From the NCBI GenBank assembly GCA_014686905.1, contig GCA_014686905.1_4093.1: a stretch of 64,000 nt of DNA; one strand, written 5' to 3'. This document shows, in pieces, positions 40,163-50,722 of the stretch. Source of the stretch: a phage. Both the position numbers and the translations under genes were made by a program. Within the stretch, counting starts at the first letter, position 1, and each line of letters begins with the position of its first letter. Under the pieces are notes generated by a model that worked only from the letters and a program-made list of their open reading frames with translations, was not told the origin of the DNA and made no database searches.

Positions 40163-41332
40163 CTAAGCAGAAGGCATATCCTTCATTTTAATAAATGAAA
40201 ATTGTGTACCAGTATTTGTGGTTTGATCAGTAAAATATGAATTACTACCAGCCCAGTACAATTCATTATTAACTATACAATATATAACAGAACTCGAACT
40301 CTGTGAATACACACGACTTATATTTGATGGTTCTACTCCAGTACTGAACTGAACCGAACCCAACTGTGAACTTGGTATCACATCAGTTGGTCTACCTAAA
40401 CCATTAACACCAGCCCCACCACCACATGTATATACCCCAGTACTATCAGTTGATATATTAACATAACCATTTCCGGCATTTTCAAATAGTATTTCACTGG
40501 GAACAACACCAAATCCAGTAAGATCTATTTTCCTGAATGTAGTGTAAACAGTAGAACCACCAACACCTCTTCCACCATAATCATTAGAACCAGCCATATA
40601 GATACTATATCCAGAACTTCCTAAACATAATAACTGTACGTTGTCATATAATATTTGCATAGATATAACGTTATCAGGAATACTCAATACCGTAAAAGTA
40701 GTTAAAGAAGAACTTCCAATATTACTACCAACCGATGTTCCACATCTGTAGTACTTACCGCCTTTTATATAATGGAACGATGAACCGCCTAACTTATGTG
40801 CTCCTATTGTACTTACCCCAGTATCTATAAGAATGGGAGATACAACTTTGTTATTAACACCTAACTCAGATCTACTGTTCATACCGAACCCATATAAACG
40901 ACCATCTAACATCAATATTAGTGTACTACCGGAAGTACCCGCTGACGTAAATTCTATATTCTTTATTTGCGACACGTCAATACCTACAAATAATGAAGTT
41001 ACTTCAGTCCAGTTAACATATGAACCACTAGCCCCAAAATATCCACCCATGTATAGACCTGCACAATATAATTTATTATCAACAGTCTTTATTAATGTAC
41101 CGGATACACACGCCCAAAAATCATCAACTTCATAGGGTACATGTACCCAACCACCTAATACATCACTAGCATCCCCTGTACCTAATTTATAGTTCGAACC
41201 AGAACCACGCATGTACATATTCCCTGTACTATAAAGTAATCCGACATGTAATTGACTACCATCCAATTTCTTTATTTCAGGAAGAGTTGGTTTAATATTT
41301 CCGTACTTTAACATTCTTCCAAAAGGTAACAT
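40163..41332 (-). CDS. RCC1-like repeat (beta-propeller) protein, paralog 2
   Basis: MLPFGRMLKYGNI leader; G-x-N-x-x-GxLG repeats (GFGMNSRSELGVNN); SD GGAGAA. Confidence 0.75.
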   Translation of the reverse strand: MLPFGRMLKYGNIKPTLPEIKKLDGSQLHVGLLYSTGNMYMRGSGSNYKLGTGDASDVLGGWVHVPYEVDDFWACVSGTLIKTVDNKLYCAGLYMGGYFGASGSYVNWTEVTSLFVGIDVSQIKNIEFTSAGTSGSTLILMLDGRLYGFGMNSRSELGVNNKVVSPILIDTGVSTIGAHKLGGSSFHYIKGGKYYRCGTSVGSNIGSSSLTTFTVLSIPDNVISMQILYDNVQLLCLGSSGYSIYMAGSNDYGGRGVGGSTVYTTFRKIDLTGFGVVPSEILFENAGNGYVNISTDSTGVYTCGGGAGVNGLGRPTDVIPSSQLGSVQFSTGVEPSNISRVYSQSSSSVIYCIVNNELYWAGSNSYFTDQTTNTGTQFSFIKMKDMPSA

Positions 41333-41342
41333 AATTTTCTCC

Positions 41343-42522
41343 TTAAATTGGTGGCAATTGGTATTCAGTTAAAGTCCATGTACCAACAACTGTCCCTACT
41401 GGAGACATACCAGTGTAGTATAATTTGCCATTCACATATGCAAATAATGCATTGTCATTCGCAGCAACCAACGATGTTGACGGATCATAAACTACAGAAT
41501 TTGGAAATTGTGCTTGGACGAAAATTGAAGCATTATTAGATGAATTGTTACCAAGCTGTCCATAATTATTATACCCTGTTCCAAAAATACGACTTCCATT
41601 TCTATATAATAATCCCCTAGGATTTTGTGAATATGTTTGTATAAATTCAAAATCGGAAACATTAGTTAATTGTAAATAAGTACTTTGTGGCGTTAAAGAT
41701 ATCTTATTAGTATTAGATAGAACACCATTTCCTAATTGTCCGTGAATTTTGTGACCCTACACCATATAGCGGATAAGTATTATCTACATTAAGAACTATA
41801 CCCAACATATTGTTATATGAAATTATATCAACGGGGTACTGGCCTGTAGGAAAACTATACTTTGTCCAACTCGTCAAAGTATCAGTAGCAGAACCAGTTA
41901 ACAATGTACCAGTACTAGTTTTACCACATCTCCATGCTGAATTATCATTTTTAATTATCCAAGTTGGACTATTGAAAAATGAACTAACCTTTTTAACATT
42001 AATATTAACCTGTGTAAATGATGTAAGTGTAGATGAACTACTACCCAACTCATAGGTTGAATTATCACCTATTGCGTAAAGAACACTATCATTTGTTAGT
42101 AAAAACATATTACGAACATTTGGATATATCTCCTTGATATTATCCACATTAAAACCTGAAAAATAAGACGTACAATCAACAAATGTAGTACTTTGAACTG
42201 CACTAGATGTACCAGTCCAAAGGTTCCAACCTGCATAATAAAATTTATTATCATTGGTCTGAACTAAGCTATATGAAGCATTCCTTGTGCACCAAAAATT
42301 TTTCACATTTTGCATTAAGCGAACCCATTTGGTCTGTGTCGTTGTATTTCCAAGACCGAATATACCAGCATTGTTACCGCCAATACCCCACAAATCACCG
42401 TTCTTATACAGAATCATCAATGTGTTGTTGGTAAAAGCCGATGGTGCTTGCATTTTAATTACACTAGATTCATATATAGGTGCAATATTCCCGTACTTTA
42501 ACATTCTTCCAAAAGGTAACAT
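41343..42522 (-). pseudogene. RCC1-like repeat protein, paralog 3, frameshifted near 41740-41760
   Basis: N-part (track 41713..42600, true start MLPFGRML at 42522) ends ...RTIRKWCSI; body continues in shifted frame (HGQLGNG..., GTGYNNYGQLGNN) to stop at 41343. Confidence 0.6.
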
Positions 42523-42603
42523 AATTCCTCCTTTATTCATTATACTATATTTAATACAAATAAGAAAGCCAGCACTCTGTACTGGCTTTTTGATATACAT
42601 ACT

Positions 42604-43791
42604 TCATATACCCAATTTAATTGGCTCATATTGAAATAGTGTAGGATTGGAGTCAGGGTAGTTCACCACTTCTGTTCCTGGATATGCACCATACCCGTTG
42701 AATGCACCTGAACCATATACTATACCATCGGTGCTAATTAATGCAGAATAATTGTTTCCCATACCAACTGACAGTACTGTCATTGTTGATGTACCTTCTG
42801 GTAGGTTTATAACCTGCTCTCTGAAACTATTACCAGAAGCTGTTGGAACACTAAATCCTAATCTGCCATTGCTACTATTAGTAGAGCCAGTTGCATAACG
42901 TGTACCTGTACTCAAATCCTGAATCCAACACGATGGTCCTTGACCCTCTGGATCAGTCCAGTATCTAAAATTAGCACTATCGTATGTAAAGGGAAGAACT
43001 GCTAATCTGTTAGTTCCCTGGGAACCTGAAGTATACGTCAATCCATACAATGAAGTAAGCAAACCACGAACATATAATCCAGTACTCTTGGTGTATAACA
43101 ATGAGCCTCCTGAACCATCTGAATTGATTGAAAGGATATCAGTATCACCTATATTTGTGAATACCTTAATATCAGATGACCCCGATGTTAATCCATAATT
43201 ACCACAGAACCAAGCTGTGTTATCGTTCTTTAACACAACAACTGTTTCATAAGAACAGGTTACCACATCTTTACAGTTAGTATTGATTTGTACAAATTCA
43301 CCAATCTTCCCAGTTAGGGTATTATTACCAAACTGTCCACGGTTATTTGAACCCATAGCATATAATATTCCAGTACTATTCAATGCGTATATTGTACTAG
43401 TTCCTGGTGTTTCACGGCGTGTAATTGCAATCTTTGTAATAGTTCCTAATGTGCTGAAAAATGAACTCACATCAACGAAACTTGTTTGTGAACCTAATCC
43501 AAATTGACTTAAATTCCCCGCCGCCATATATCTTCCATCATTCATTAGACATATAGTATATGCTGGATGACAGTATATCATAGCTACATTTATAAGAACT
43601 AAGCTAGGCACTCCACCAACAATCGAAGTGGTTGGTGTACCAAAACGATACTCATTGTTTGACCCATATGCAAATAACTTACCATCAGTAGTTAAAAATA
43701 AATGCCCTAATCCATAAGTATTAATCTTGCGGATACCAGCGGGTGGTGGTATCTTATTCCCGTACTTTAACATTCTCCCAAAAGGTAACAT
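42604..43791 (-). CDS. RCC1-like repeat protein, paralog 4
   Basis: MLPFGRMLKYGNK leader; AMGSNNRGQFGNN, AYGSNNEYRFG repeats. Confidence 0.75.
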   Translation of the reverse strand: MLPFGRMLKYGNKIPPPAGIRKINTYGLGHLFLTTDGKLFAYGSNNEYRFGTPTTSIVGGVPSLVLINVAMIYCHPAYTICLMNDGRYMAAGNLSQFGLGSQTSFVDVSSFFSTLGTITKIAITRRETPGTSTIYALNSTGILYAMGSNNRGQFGNNTLTGKIGEFVQINTNCKDVVTCSYETVVVLKNDNTAWFCGNYGLTSGSSDIKVFTNIGDTDILSINSDGSGGSLLYTKSTGLYVRGLLTSLYGLTYTSGSQGTNRLAVLPFTYDSANFRYWTDPEGQGPSCWIQDLSTGTRYATGSTNSSNGRLGFSVPTASGNSFREQVINLPEGTSTMTVLSVGMGNNYSALISTDGIVYGSGAFNGYGAYPGTEVVNYPDSNPTLFQYEPIKLGI

Positions 43792-43799
43792 ATTCCCTC

Positions 43800-44975
43800 C
43801 TATTCCGGTAAAATCATTTTCTTCATTTTAACTTGTTGTGTACCTGCACTCTGTTCCTGGAACATAGAACCACTACCACACCAGTAAACCTCATTTGTCC
43901 CCACTAATGCGTATAACACACCGGAACCCCCCTGCTCTGCAAAAGCATTAACATCAAGTGCAGTATCTGAATCCTCAAATAGTACTGGATAGTACGCCGT
44001 TCTAGGTGTCGATGCAGTGATTTCTCTACCAAGAGCAACACCATTACCACATGTATACAATTTACCACCCTGTGTCATCGCAATCATATGAGAATTAATA
44101 CAAGAATTATTCAGTGATGCCGCATCTGGTACAATACCATAAATTGGAGGTGTAGCACTAAATGGACTCATTATTATACTGGTATCTCCATAACCAATAC
44201 CTAACGTATAATCGGTATTCGTCCCAGCACTATACACTCTAATAGTACCATTATATGATGTCAGTACTGAAGTCGCATTTGTAGTACATGCAATCCCTAG
44301 TACGGTTCCTGTGATATCTGTACTTACCGTAAATGTAGATAAAACAGAAGAGCTTGTTCCTAGGTTGTAGCGAGCATTACTCCCACATCTGTAGTACTGA
44401 CCATTTTTCACATAATGTAACGCCGCCGCACGGTCTGTGCCAGCAATTAAAGTAACACCTGTGTCAATCTTAAGTGCAGTTGATTGGATTCCAGAAACGC
44501 CTAATACACCACCACCATTACGACCTATACCATATAAGTCCCCGTTGCTTAACAAAATTAATATAGCACCATTGGAAATTGTAGTCTCAGTATAAGCTAT
44601 GTTTTGTATAGTACTAAGTGCAGGTATTGAGGATAAATTAGATGTAATATTAGTCCATCCAGGTACGCTCGCTGCAACTACACCAACATAACCCAATTGT
44701 CCAGCTAAGTATAATTCACCACTTGTAGTAAGTATAATAGTCGCGTAAGTTAAGCACCAAACATCAGCAACGCTATATTGGCACTTAACCCAACCATTCT
44801 GTACGAATCCAGTACTGTCATTTCCTAACTTATACTCACCACCATTCCCACGTAGATATAAATTTCCATTATCGAATAACATCCCAACGTGACTAATGGA
44901 AGTACTAATTTTCTTCACACCAGCACGTTTGGGTATAGTATTCCCGTACTTTACCATTCTTCCAAAAGGTAACAT
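43800..44975 (-). CDS. RCC1-like repeat protein, paralog 5
   Basis: MLPFGRMVKYGNT leader; YGIGRNGGGVLGVSG repeats. Confidence 0.75.
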   Translation of the reverse strand: MLPFGRMVKYGNTIPKRAGVKKISTSISHVGMLFDNGNLYLRGNGGEYKLGNDSTGFVQNGWVKCQYSVADVWCLTYATIILTTSGELYLAGQLGYVGVVAASVPGWTNITSNLSSIPALSTIQNIAYTETTISNGAILILLSNGDLYGIGRNGGGVLGVSGIQSTALKIDTGVTLIAGTDRAAALHYVKNGQYYRCGSNARYNLGTSSSVLSTFTVSTDITGTVLGIACTTNATSVLTSYNGTIRVYSAGTNTDYTLGIGYGDTSIIMSPFSATPPIYGIVPDAASLNNSCINSHMIAMTQGGKLYTCGNGVALGREITASTPRTAYYPVLFEDSDTALDVNAFAEQGGSGVLYALVGTNEVYWCGSGSMFQEQSAGTQQVKMKKMILPE

Positions 44976-45045
44976 ACTTCCCTCCTTTATTCATTATACT
45001 ATATTTAATCAAAAAGAAAAGCCAGTACTCTGTACTGGCATAATT

Positions 45046-46188
45046 TCAATAAACATCCCAAGGTAATGGTGTCTTCCTAAATCCATACCTGGTTGTGGTT
45101 GCACCATCACCAGCAATGTATCTACCGATGCCACATTGGTATAACTCCGTACTACTACATATAGCACCACCAATAGTACCACTACTCCACTGAATTATAT
45201 TAGAATATGTTATTGGCAAATCACTACATTTAGTATATACACCAACGGTAGCAGCACCACTAATACCACCAAACATACTTCGGTTAGCACCAGTATAATA
45301 TATACCATCTGGACTCATAAATGCAGAGGTGTAAGTTGTACTACAATCCACTGGACTTCTTATAGTATTAAGATCGCCTGGGTATGTTCTAGCAGCATAT
45401 ACGTAAACATTACCATCAGTAGTAATACCATTGCCCAACTGACCACTGTTCTGACCACCACACGTAACTAACGATGCAGAACCAGAAACAATTGCAGTAG
45501 CATTATACGAAGTACCCATTGCAATAGAAGCACCAGACAATAGTTTTGGGGTAACGATAGCTGTTGTATTACCCTGGCCTAATTCACCATTTGTGTTTCG
45601 TCCCCATGCGTATATAGAAGTCGTATCCAATCGACATAGTACTGAACCATAACTAAACGTATATCGCATGTCATTTACAGCAGAAGGCAAATTAACCTTA
45701 GTTGCAACACTAATAACACCACCAGTAACACCACTGTTTGCGTTCATGTTACGACCATATGCATATAAAGAACCATCTGAAGTTTTAATATGCATCATAC
45801 CATCTGTGCAATATAATGCATCGATGCTATCCACCGCAACCGGACCCATACTGGCAGTTATATCGGTCCACCCAAGAGTAGTAGTACTAGAAATTAAGTT
45901 ATTTCCTGCGTAAAGGATTCTATTATTATTAGTAACTACCACTGTATATCTAGCAGTAACTCCAATTAATCGAACATCAGTATATATCTTAGACCACGCA
46001 CCTAGTGAATTGGTATTTGCATCCAAAAAGCCTAACTGCCCATCTGTATTGTATCCAATACCCCATGCATCACCTGCACTGTCCAATAACACTTCATGTG
46101 AAAAGCCAATCTTAAAATCTTTTATTGTAGGAACTACTGGAACTGGTGCAATATTCCCGTACTTAACCATTCTTGCAAAAGGTAACAT
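45046..46188 (-). CDS. RCC1-like repeat protein, paralog 6
   Basis: MLPFARMVKYGNI leader; WGIGYNTDGQLGF, YAWGRNTNGELGQGN, CGGQNSGQLGNG. Confidence 0.8.
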   Translation of the reverse strand: MLPFARMVKYGNIAPVPVVPTIKDFKIGFSHEVLLDSAGDAWGIGYNTDGQLGFLDANTNSLGAWSKIYTDVRLIGVTARYTVVVTNNNRILYAGNNLISSTTTLGWTDITASMGPVAVDSIDALYCTDGMMHIKTSDGSLYAYGRNMNANSGVTGGVISVATKVNLPSAVNDMRYTFSYGSVLCRLDTTSIYAWGRNTNGELGQGNTTAIVTPKLLSGASIAMGTSYNATAIVSGSASLVTCGGQNSGQLGNGITTDGNVYVYAARTYPGDLNTIRSPVDCSTTYTSAFMSPDGIYYTGANRSMFGGISGAATVGVYTKCSDLPITYSNIIQWSSGTIGGAICSSTELYQCGIGRYIAGDGATTTRYGFRKTPLPWDVY

Positions 46189-46194
46189 AATTCC

Positions 46195-46253
46195 CCTCCT
46201 TATTCATTATACTATATTTAATACAAATAAGAAAGCCAGTATCAAGTACTGGC
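46195..46253 (-). promoter_or_regulatory. representative module: upstream terminator hairpin + -35-less promoter + SD
   Basis: On - strand: GCCAGTACTTGATACTGGC hairpin, T-rich, TTAAATATAGTATAATGAATAAGGAGG, then ATG; repeated before most paralogs. Confidence 0.5.
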
Positions 46254-46260
46254 CTATATT

Positions 46261-46929
46261 TTAGACTGAATTGTTAGGATAATATCTCCCACGTCCCCAT
46301 ATTATTCGCACAGCACCACCACTACCAGCACCACCATTATATGAACCATCGTATCTACCGCCAATACCATTAGCACCTTGAACAATGATACCAGTACCAC
46401 CACCCGTACCAATGAACGAGGTATTATAGAATGCACCACCACCACCGCCGCCGCCAGCACCATTTTCACCAGTGATTGCATCTCCGTTACCACCTTTACC
46501 AGTGTAGCCACCAGCACCACCACCAATGACTGCACCACCACTTACACCAGCGTTGCCCCCATTACCACCACCATCATTAATAGCGTTAGCAGCTTTCCCA
46601 CCTAGTCCACCAACCCTATATTCACCAGTGAAGCTAACACATAGTTTTTCAGTTCCACGATATAAACCGTTTTCAACTGCTGTAGTAGTGTTGGGATGTG
46701 TAAGAGAAACACTTAAGTACTCACCACTAGTAACCGGAATATTATTACGCCACGATAAGCCGCCACCAGCACCACGTTGACCACCCGGCGAAATAACACA
46801 TACTGATATTTCGGTAACGCCAGCAGGAACTGTAAATTGTGTTGTTCCTATTGTCGTGATTAATTGTTCACCATCTGGCTTATATTCAATTTTATTCCCG
46901 TACTTTACCATTCTTCCAAAAGGTAACAT
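46261..46929 (-). CDS. Gly-rich protein sharing the MLPFGRM leader (paralog 7, divergent body)
   Basis: MLPFGRMVKYGNK leader, then Gly-rich low-complexity body (GGNGGNAGVSGGAVIGGGAGG...). Confidence 0.7.
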   Translation of the reverse strand: MLPFGRMVKYGNKIEYKPDGEQLITTIGTTQFTVPAGVTEISVCVISPGGQRGAGGGLSWRNNIPVTSGEYLSVSLTHPNTTTAVENGLYRGTEKLCVSFTGEYRVGGLGGKAANAINDGGGNGGNAGVSGGAVIGGGAGGYTGKGGNGDAITGENGAGGGGGGGAFYNTSFIGTGGGTGIIVQGANGIGGRYDGSYNGGAGSGGAVRIIWGRGRYYPNNSV

Positions 46930-47000
46930 ACTTCCTCCTTTATTCATTATACTATATTTAATACAAATAAGAAAGCCAGTACTTTGTACTGGCGAAATTA

Positions 47001-48191
47001 TTACAATTGTCTAGGTGTATCCAGAACATATCTATTTGTACTAGGTCCACCATCATCATACGTTCCGGTTGAATATATATTTTTCATATCAGCAGTTAGA
47101 AAAGTACGATACGAACCGCGATATATTTTTATTTTATCATACATAGAATATGATATTTCTGCTGGCATTGGACATATAGTAAATCTACCAATAGTAACAT
47201 TAGAACCAACACCTAATGTACCAGCATAACCACTCGCATTTAAACCAGTTGCATATACACCTGTACTCGTAACTAGTATACTAGATTGTGCTGCATATCC
47301 AGTATGGATTGAATAATAAGTTCCTGATGGTAATGTAGTACTATTATTCCCTAATACTGCTAGTGCTGTACTATTCGTAGTGTTATTACCCCATGCCCCA
47401 TTATTAGCGTTACCACCTACTAGGAACTGACGTGCTCCTGTACTTGGATTCTCTACTAAAGCACTGACAGCACCAATTGAACAACCAGTATATTGTAATG
47501 TTTTTGTATATGTGGTACTTGGCTTATACAAAGTATATTCATTAAATGGTGTCCATGTGGTACTAGTACTTATGCCAGATGTACTACCACCAATATATAA
47601 ATTATTTTGTGTATCAAAAAACATTACACAGTAATTTGTTGACTGTATTTGTGCAATATCTACATCTGGTGTTACCGCTTTAACAAATGAACCATCTGAT
47701 ATTTGATAAGTAGTTCCTGTACCATCTGCGAATTGTCTAGCACTATTCCACCCTGTACTCCATATTGTATTATTATCCATTAAGAAAGTAAACCACGTAG
47801 TACCTGCATACATCTGTTTAATTGAAGTACTTGAACTTTGTGTGTACAAATTTTCAATATATTGGTTATAACTTAAAAATGATGTAGTACTAGTTTCTAA
47901 ACCAATATGACTACCATATCCACAATAAAAATAATTTAAGTCCTTATCTTGAACTAACAAAGTTCCTTGTGTCATCCAGCAATCTTTGACATTTTCTCTA
48001 ATTAATGTCCACGACCTTACTGCATTATTATTTCCTCTACCAAACTTCCCAAAACTATTACTGCCTCGTGCGTATAGTTGACCATCAGTATAAAGTACAA
48101 CAACATCAGTATCAGTTGGTATTATTTTCTTAATTTGTAGTGGTACAGGCACAATATTCCCATAATTCATCATTCTTGCAAAAGGTAACAT
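47001..48191 (-). CDS. RCC1-like repeat protein, paralog 8
   Basis: MLPFARMMNYGNI leader; YARGSNSFGKFGRGNNN. Confidence 0.75.
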   Translation of the reverse strand: MLPFARMMNYGNIVPVPLQIKKIIPTDTDVVVLYTDGQLYARGSNSFGKFGRGNNNAVRSWTLIRENVKDCWMTQGTLLVQDKDLNYFYCGYGSHIGLETSTTSFLSYNQYIENLYTQSSSTSIKQMYAGTTWFTFLMDNNTIWSTGWNSARQFADGTGTTYQISDGSFVKAVTPDVDIAQIQSTNYCVMFFDTQNNLYIGGSTSGISTSTTWTPFNEYTLYKPSTTYTKTLQYTGCSIGAVSALVENPSTGARQFLVGGNANNGAWGNNTTNSTALAVLGNNSTTLPSGTYYSIHTGYAAQSSILVTSTGVYATGLNASGYAGTLGVGSNVTIGRFTICPMPAEISYSMYDKIKIYRGSYRTFLTADMKNIYSTGTYDDGGPSTNRYVLDTPRQL

Positions 48192-48244
48192 AATTCCCTC
48201 CTTTATTCATTATACTATATTTAATACAAATAAGAATGCCAGTA

Positions 48245-49432
48245 TCAAGTACTGGCATTGATTGTTGGAAGTGGGAACTCTTTCATGACAGATGAACTAC
48301 TTGCTGAAATATTATCAGGGGATTTCCCCGCGTAGTATAATTTATTATTAATGTACATATACAACGTTGCATCGTTCCCAGCTACAAGTGATTCACTTTT
48401 CTTAAAATTAACACCATCAGGTAAAATTGCTTCAACAAATGAACCAGAATTAATTGTACTGTTATTTGCCAATTGACCATTGTTATTATAACCAGTACTA
48501 TAAATTTTACCAGAGCTATAATATACCAGGCCACGGGATGAGATGTTTTCAATTCGAATGAATTCACTATCATCTGGAACGGTTTTCGATAACGTTGGCG
48601 TTAATTTATAACCCCCTGCTGTAGTATTATTACCCAACTGACCATCAGCTTGATAGCCCATTGTATACATAGGACATGATTCTGGTGTACCTTTAGTTAT
48701 AATACCAATATAACTCGCACTACAAAAAACGTCTATAGCTTCGGTAACAGGTGTGCCCTTATATTGAACCCAAGGAAATATATATGTGTTTTGAACTCCA
48801 TTTCCCAACGTTCCATGAGATGTTGTCCCAGTACGCCATATTGTATTATCTAGTTTAATAATCCAGTTAGAGGGTGTGATGGATGAACAGAATTTTTTAA
48901 CATTATCGACTAAAAATGTAAATTTATTAAAATATGATGCAGTGTTTAAACCAAACTTTGAATTTTTATTATCACCTAACAAATATAAACTATTATCAGT
49001 ACCTAAAATCAAAGCATAATCAAGACCTACATATATCTCTTTGATTTTTGAAATACCAAATTGTGTAAAATAACTCGTACATTCAGTGAATGTTGTTACA
49101 GTATTTGTTGTATTATTACCTAGCCATTTATCTAAACCACTATAAAAGAATCTATCATCATTTGTTCGTATTAGACAAAACCCATTCCCTGTACTGCACC
49201 AAAAATCTTTAACATTGCTATATATTTTTGTCCATTCAGTAACCTGTGTAGTATTCCCTAACCCAAAAATTCCACCATTCTGAAGACCCATAGCCCACAC
49301 TGATCCATTTACATCCAGCAGCATTGTGCATGTAAATGAATAACCAACTGCTGGGGTGACTAATTTAGTAAAATTGGGAACATATGGAATGACTTTATTC
49401 CCGTACTTAACCATTCTTGTAAAAGGTAACAT
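48245..49432 (-). CDS. RCC1-like repeat protein, paralog 9
   Basis: MLPFTRMVKYGNK leader (track ORF extends upstream through promoter); MGYQADGQLGNN, YSTGYNNNGQLANN. Confidence 0.75.
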   Translation of the reverse strand: MLPFTRMVKYGNKVIPYVPNFTKLVTPAVGYSFTCTMLLDVNGSVWAMGLQNGGIFGLGNTTQVTEWTKIYSNVKDFWCSTGNGFCLIRTNDDRFFYSGLDKWLGNNTTNTVTTFTECTSYFTQFGISKIKEIYVGLDYALILGTDNSLYLLGDNKNSKFGLNTASYFNKFTFLVDNVKKFCSSITPSNWIIKLDNTIWRTGTTSHGTLGNGVQNTYIFPWVQYKGTPVTEAIDVFCSASYIGIITKGTPESCPMYTMGYQADGQLGNNTTAGGYKLTPTLSKTVPDDSEFIRIENISSRGLVYYSSGKIYSTGYNNNGQLANNSTINSGSFVEAILPDGVNFKKSESLVAGNDATLYMYINNKLYYAGKSPDNISASSSSVMKEFPLPTINAST

Positions 49433-49502
49433 AATTCCTCCTTTATTCATTATACTATATTTAATCAAAAAATAAAAACCAGTATCAAGTACTGGCTTTA
49501 AT

Positions 49503-50651
49503 TCATTGTATAAATGACATATCAACTTCGGTATATCTTGTAGTGTACTGCCCAGAACTTCCACCCATTACTAGATTGGAAAAACCAGTATAAAATAACT
49601 TCCCTTCATCTGTGAGAATCAAACTACCGATGTTATTCAGTACTAAACTGTAAGAACTATTAAAATTTTCATAAGACTTGGTATAATAGAACTGATTTGT
49701 AAGATTACCAACACCCAATTGCCCACCAGTGTTAACCCCAGATGCAAATATTGTAGTCCCAAATCTGAGAATATGTGAAGCCATATTACCAACACAACAG
49801 TATATATTCTGTACATCCGAATTCAATAAAGTTGGTGTTGTGTATTGCTTAAGTGTTGTGCCTGTGCCGAATTCATTACCATATGATACTCCATATTGTG
49901 TACCACAAGCGTACAATTTATTATCATCTTTAATAAAAAATGTACTCTGATAACTTACATCGACATCTATAACATTAGTCTGTATTCTAACAACACCAGT
50001 ACTAGCAGTTTGATTGCCTGTCCCTAACTGATAGTAAGTGTTAATACCACAACCCCATAATGTATTATCTTCTTTTAGGTATATGTTACCAACAGCTTTT
50101 TTTACCGATGATATGGCTTCAATCTTAACAAAGGCGTTAAATGAATTTGTATTTGTGCCATTACCAAAAGATGATCTGGTTGATGTGCTGTTTGTTCCGC
50201 AGCAATATAAAGTACCATCAGTTGTTATCAAATTCACTTTAAGATCACTGTAACTACTCATGTATTTTATATCAGAAACATTAATACCACTGGATGTTAT
50301 CCATGAAGTACAATCTGTCCACGTGTTATAATATGCACCTGAACCAGAAAACGCACTCGGACTTCCAGTTATAAACACTTTTCCAGTACCGTCTTCTTCA
50401 TATAATTGACAACCACTACTGTTATTTTCCAAAAGGACTCTTTTAACATTAGTCGCACTAAGAATAAATTTACTCGACGCTACACCAGTTCCAGTACCCT
50501 GACTGACTGCCGCTGATGCATACAAATTTTTCGTGTATGTATCATGAAAATACATAGCACTACCGCCGGAATATATTTTAAAACGTGTACTAGGATCAGG
50601 CGGGTTAGGTGCAATATTTCCGTACTTAATCATTCTTCCAAAAGGTAACAT
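49503..50651 (-). CDS. RCC1-like repeat protein, paralog 10
   Basis: MLPFGRMIKYGNI leader; WGCGINTYYQLGTGNQ, FASGVNTGGQLGVGN. Confidence 0.8.
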   Translation of the reverse strand: MLPFGRMIKYGNIAPNPPDPSTRFKIYSGGSAMYFHDTYTKNLYASAAVSQGTGTGVASSKFILSATNVKRVLLENNSSGCQLYEEDGTGKVFITGSPSAFSGSGAYYNTWTDCTSWITSSGINVSDIKYMSSYSDLKVNLITTDGTLYCCGTNSTSTRSSFGNGTNTNSFNAFVKIEAISSVKKAVGNIYLKEDNTLWGCGINTYYQLGTGNQTASTGVVRIQTNVIDVDVSYQSTFFIKDDNKLYACGTQYGVSYGNEFGTGTTLKQYTTPTLLNSDVQNIYCCVGNMASHILRFGTTIFASGVNTGGQLGVGNLTNQFYYTKSYENFNSSYSLVLNNIGSLILTDEGKLFYTGFSNLVMGGSSGQYTTRYTEVDMSFIQ

Positions 50652-50722
50652 ATTTCCCTCCTTTATTCATTATAGTATATTTAATACAAATAAGAATGCC
50701 AGTATCAAGCACTGGCATTATG

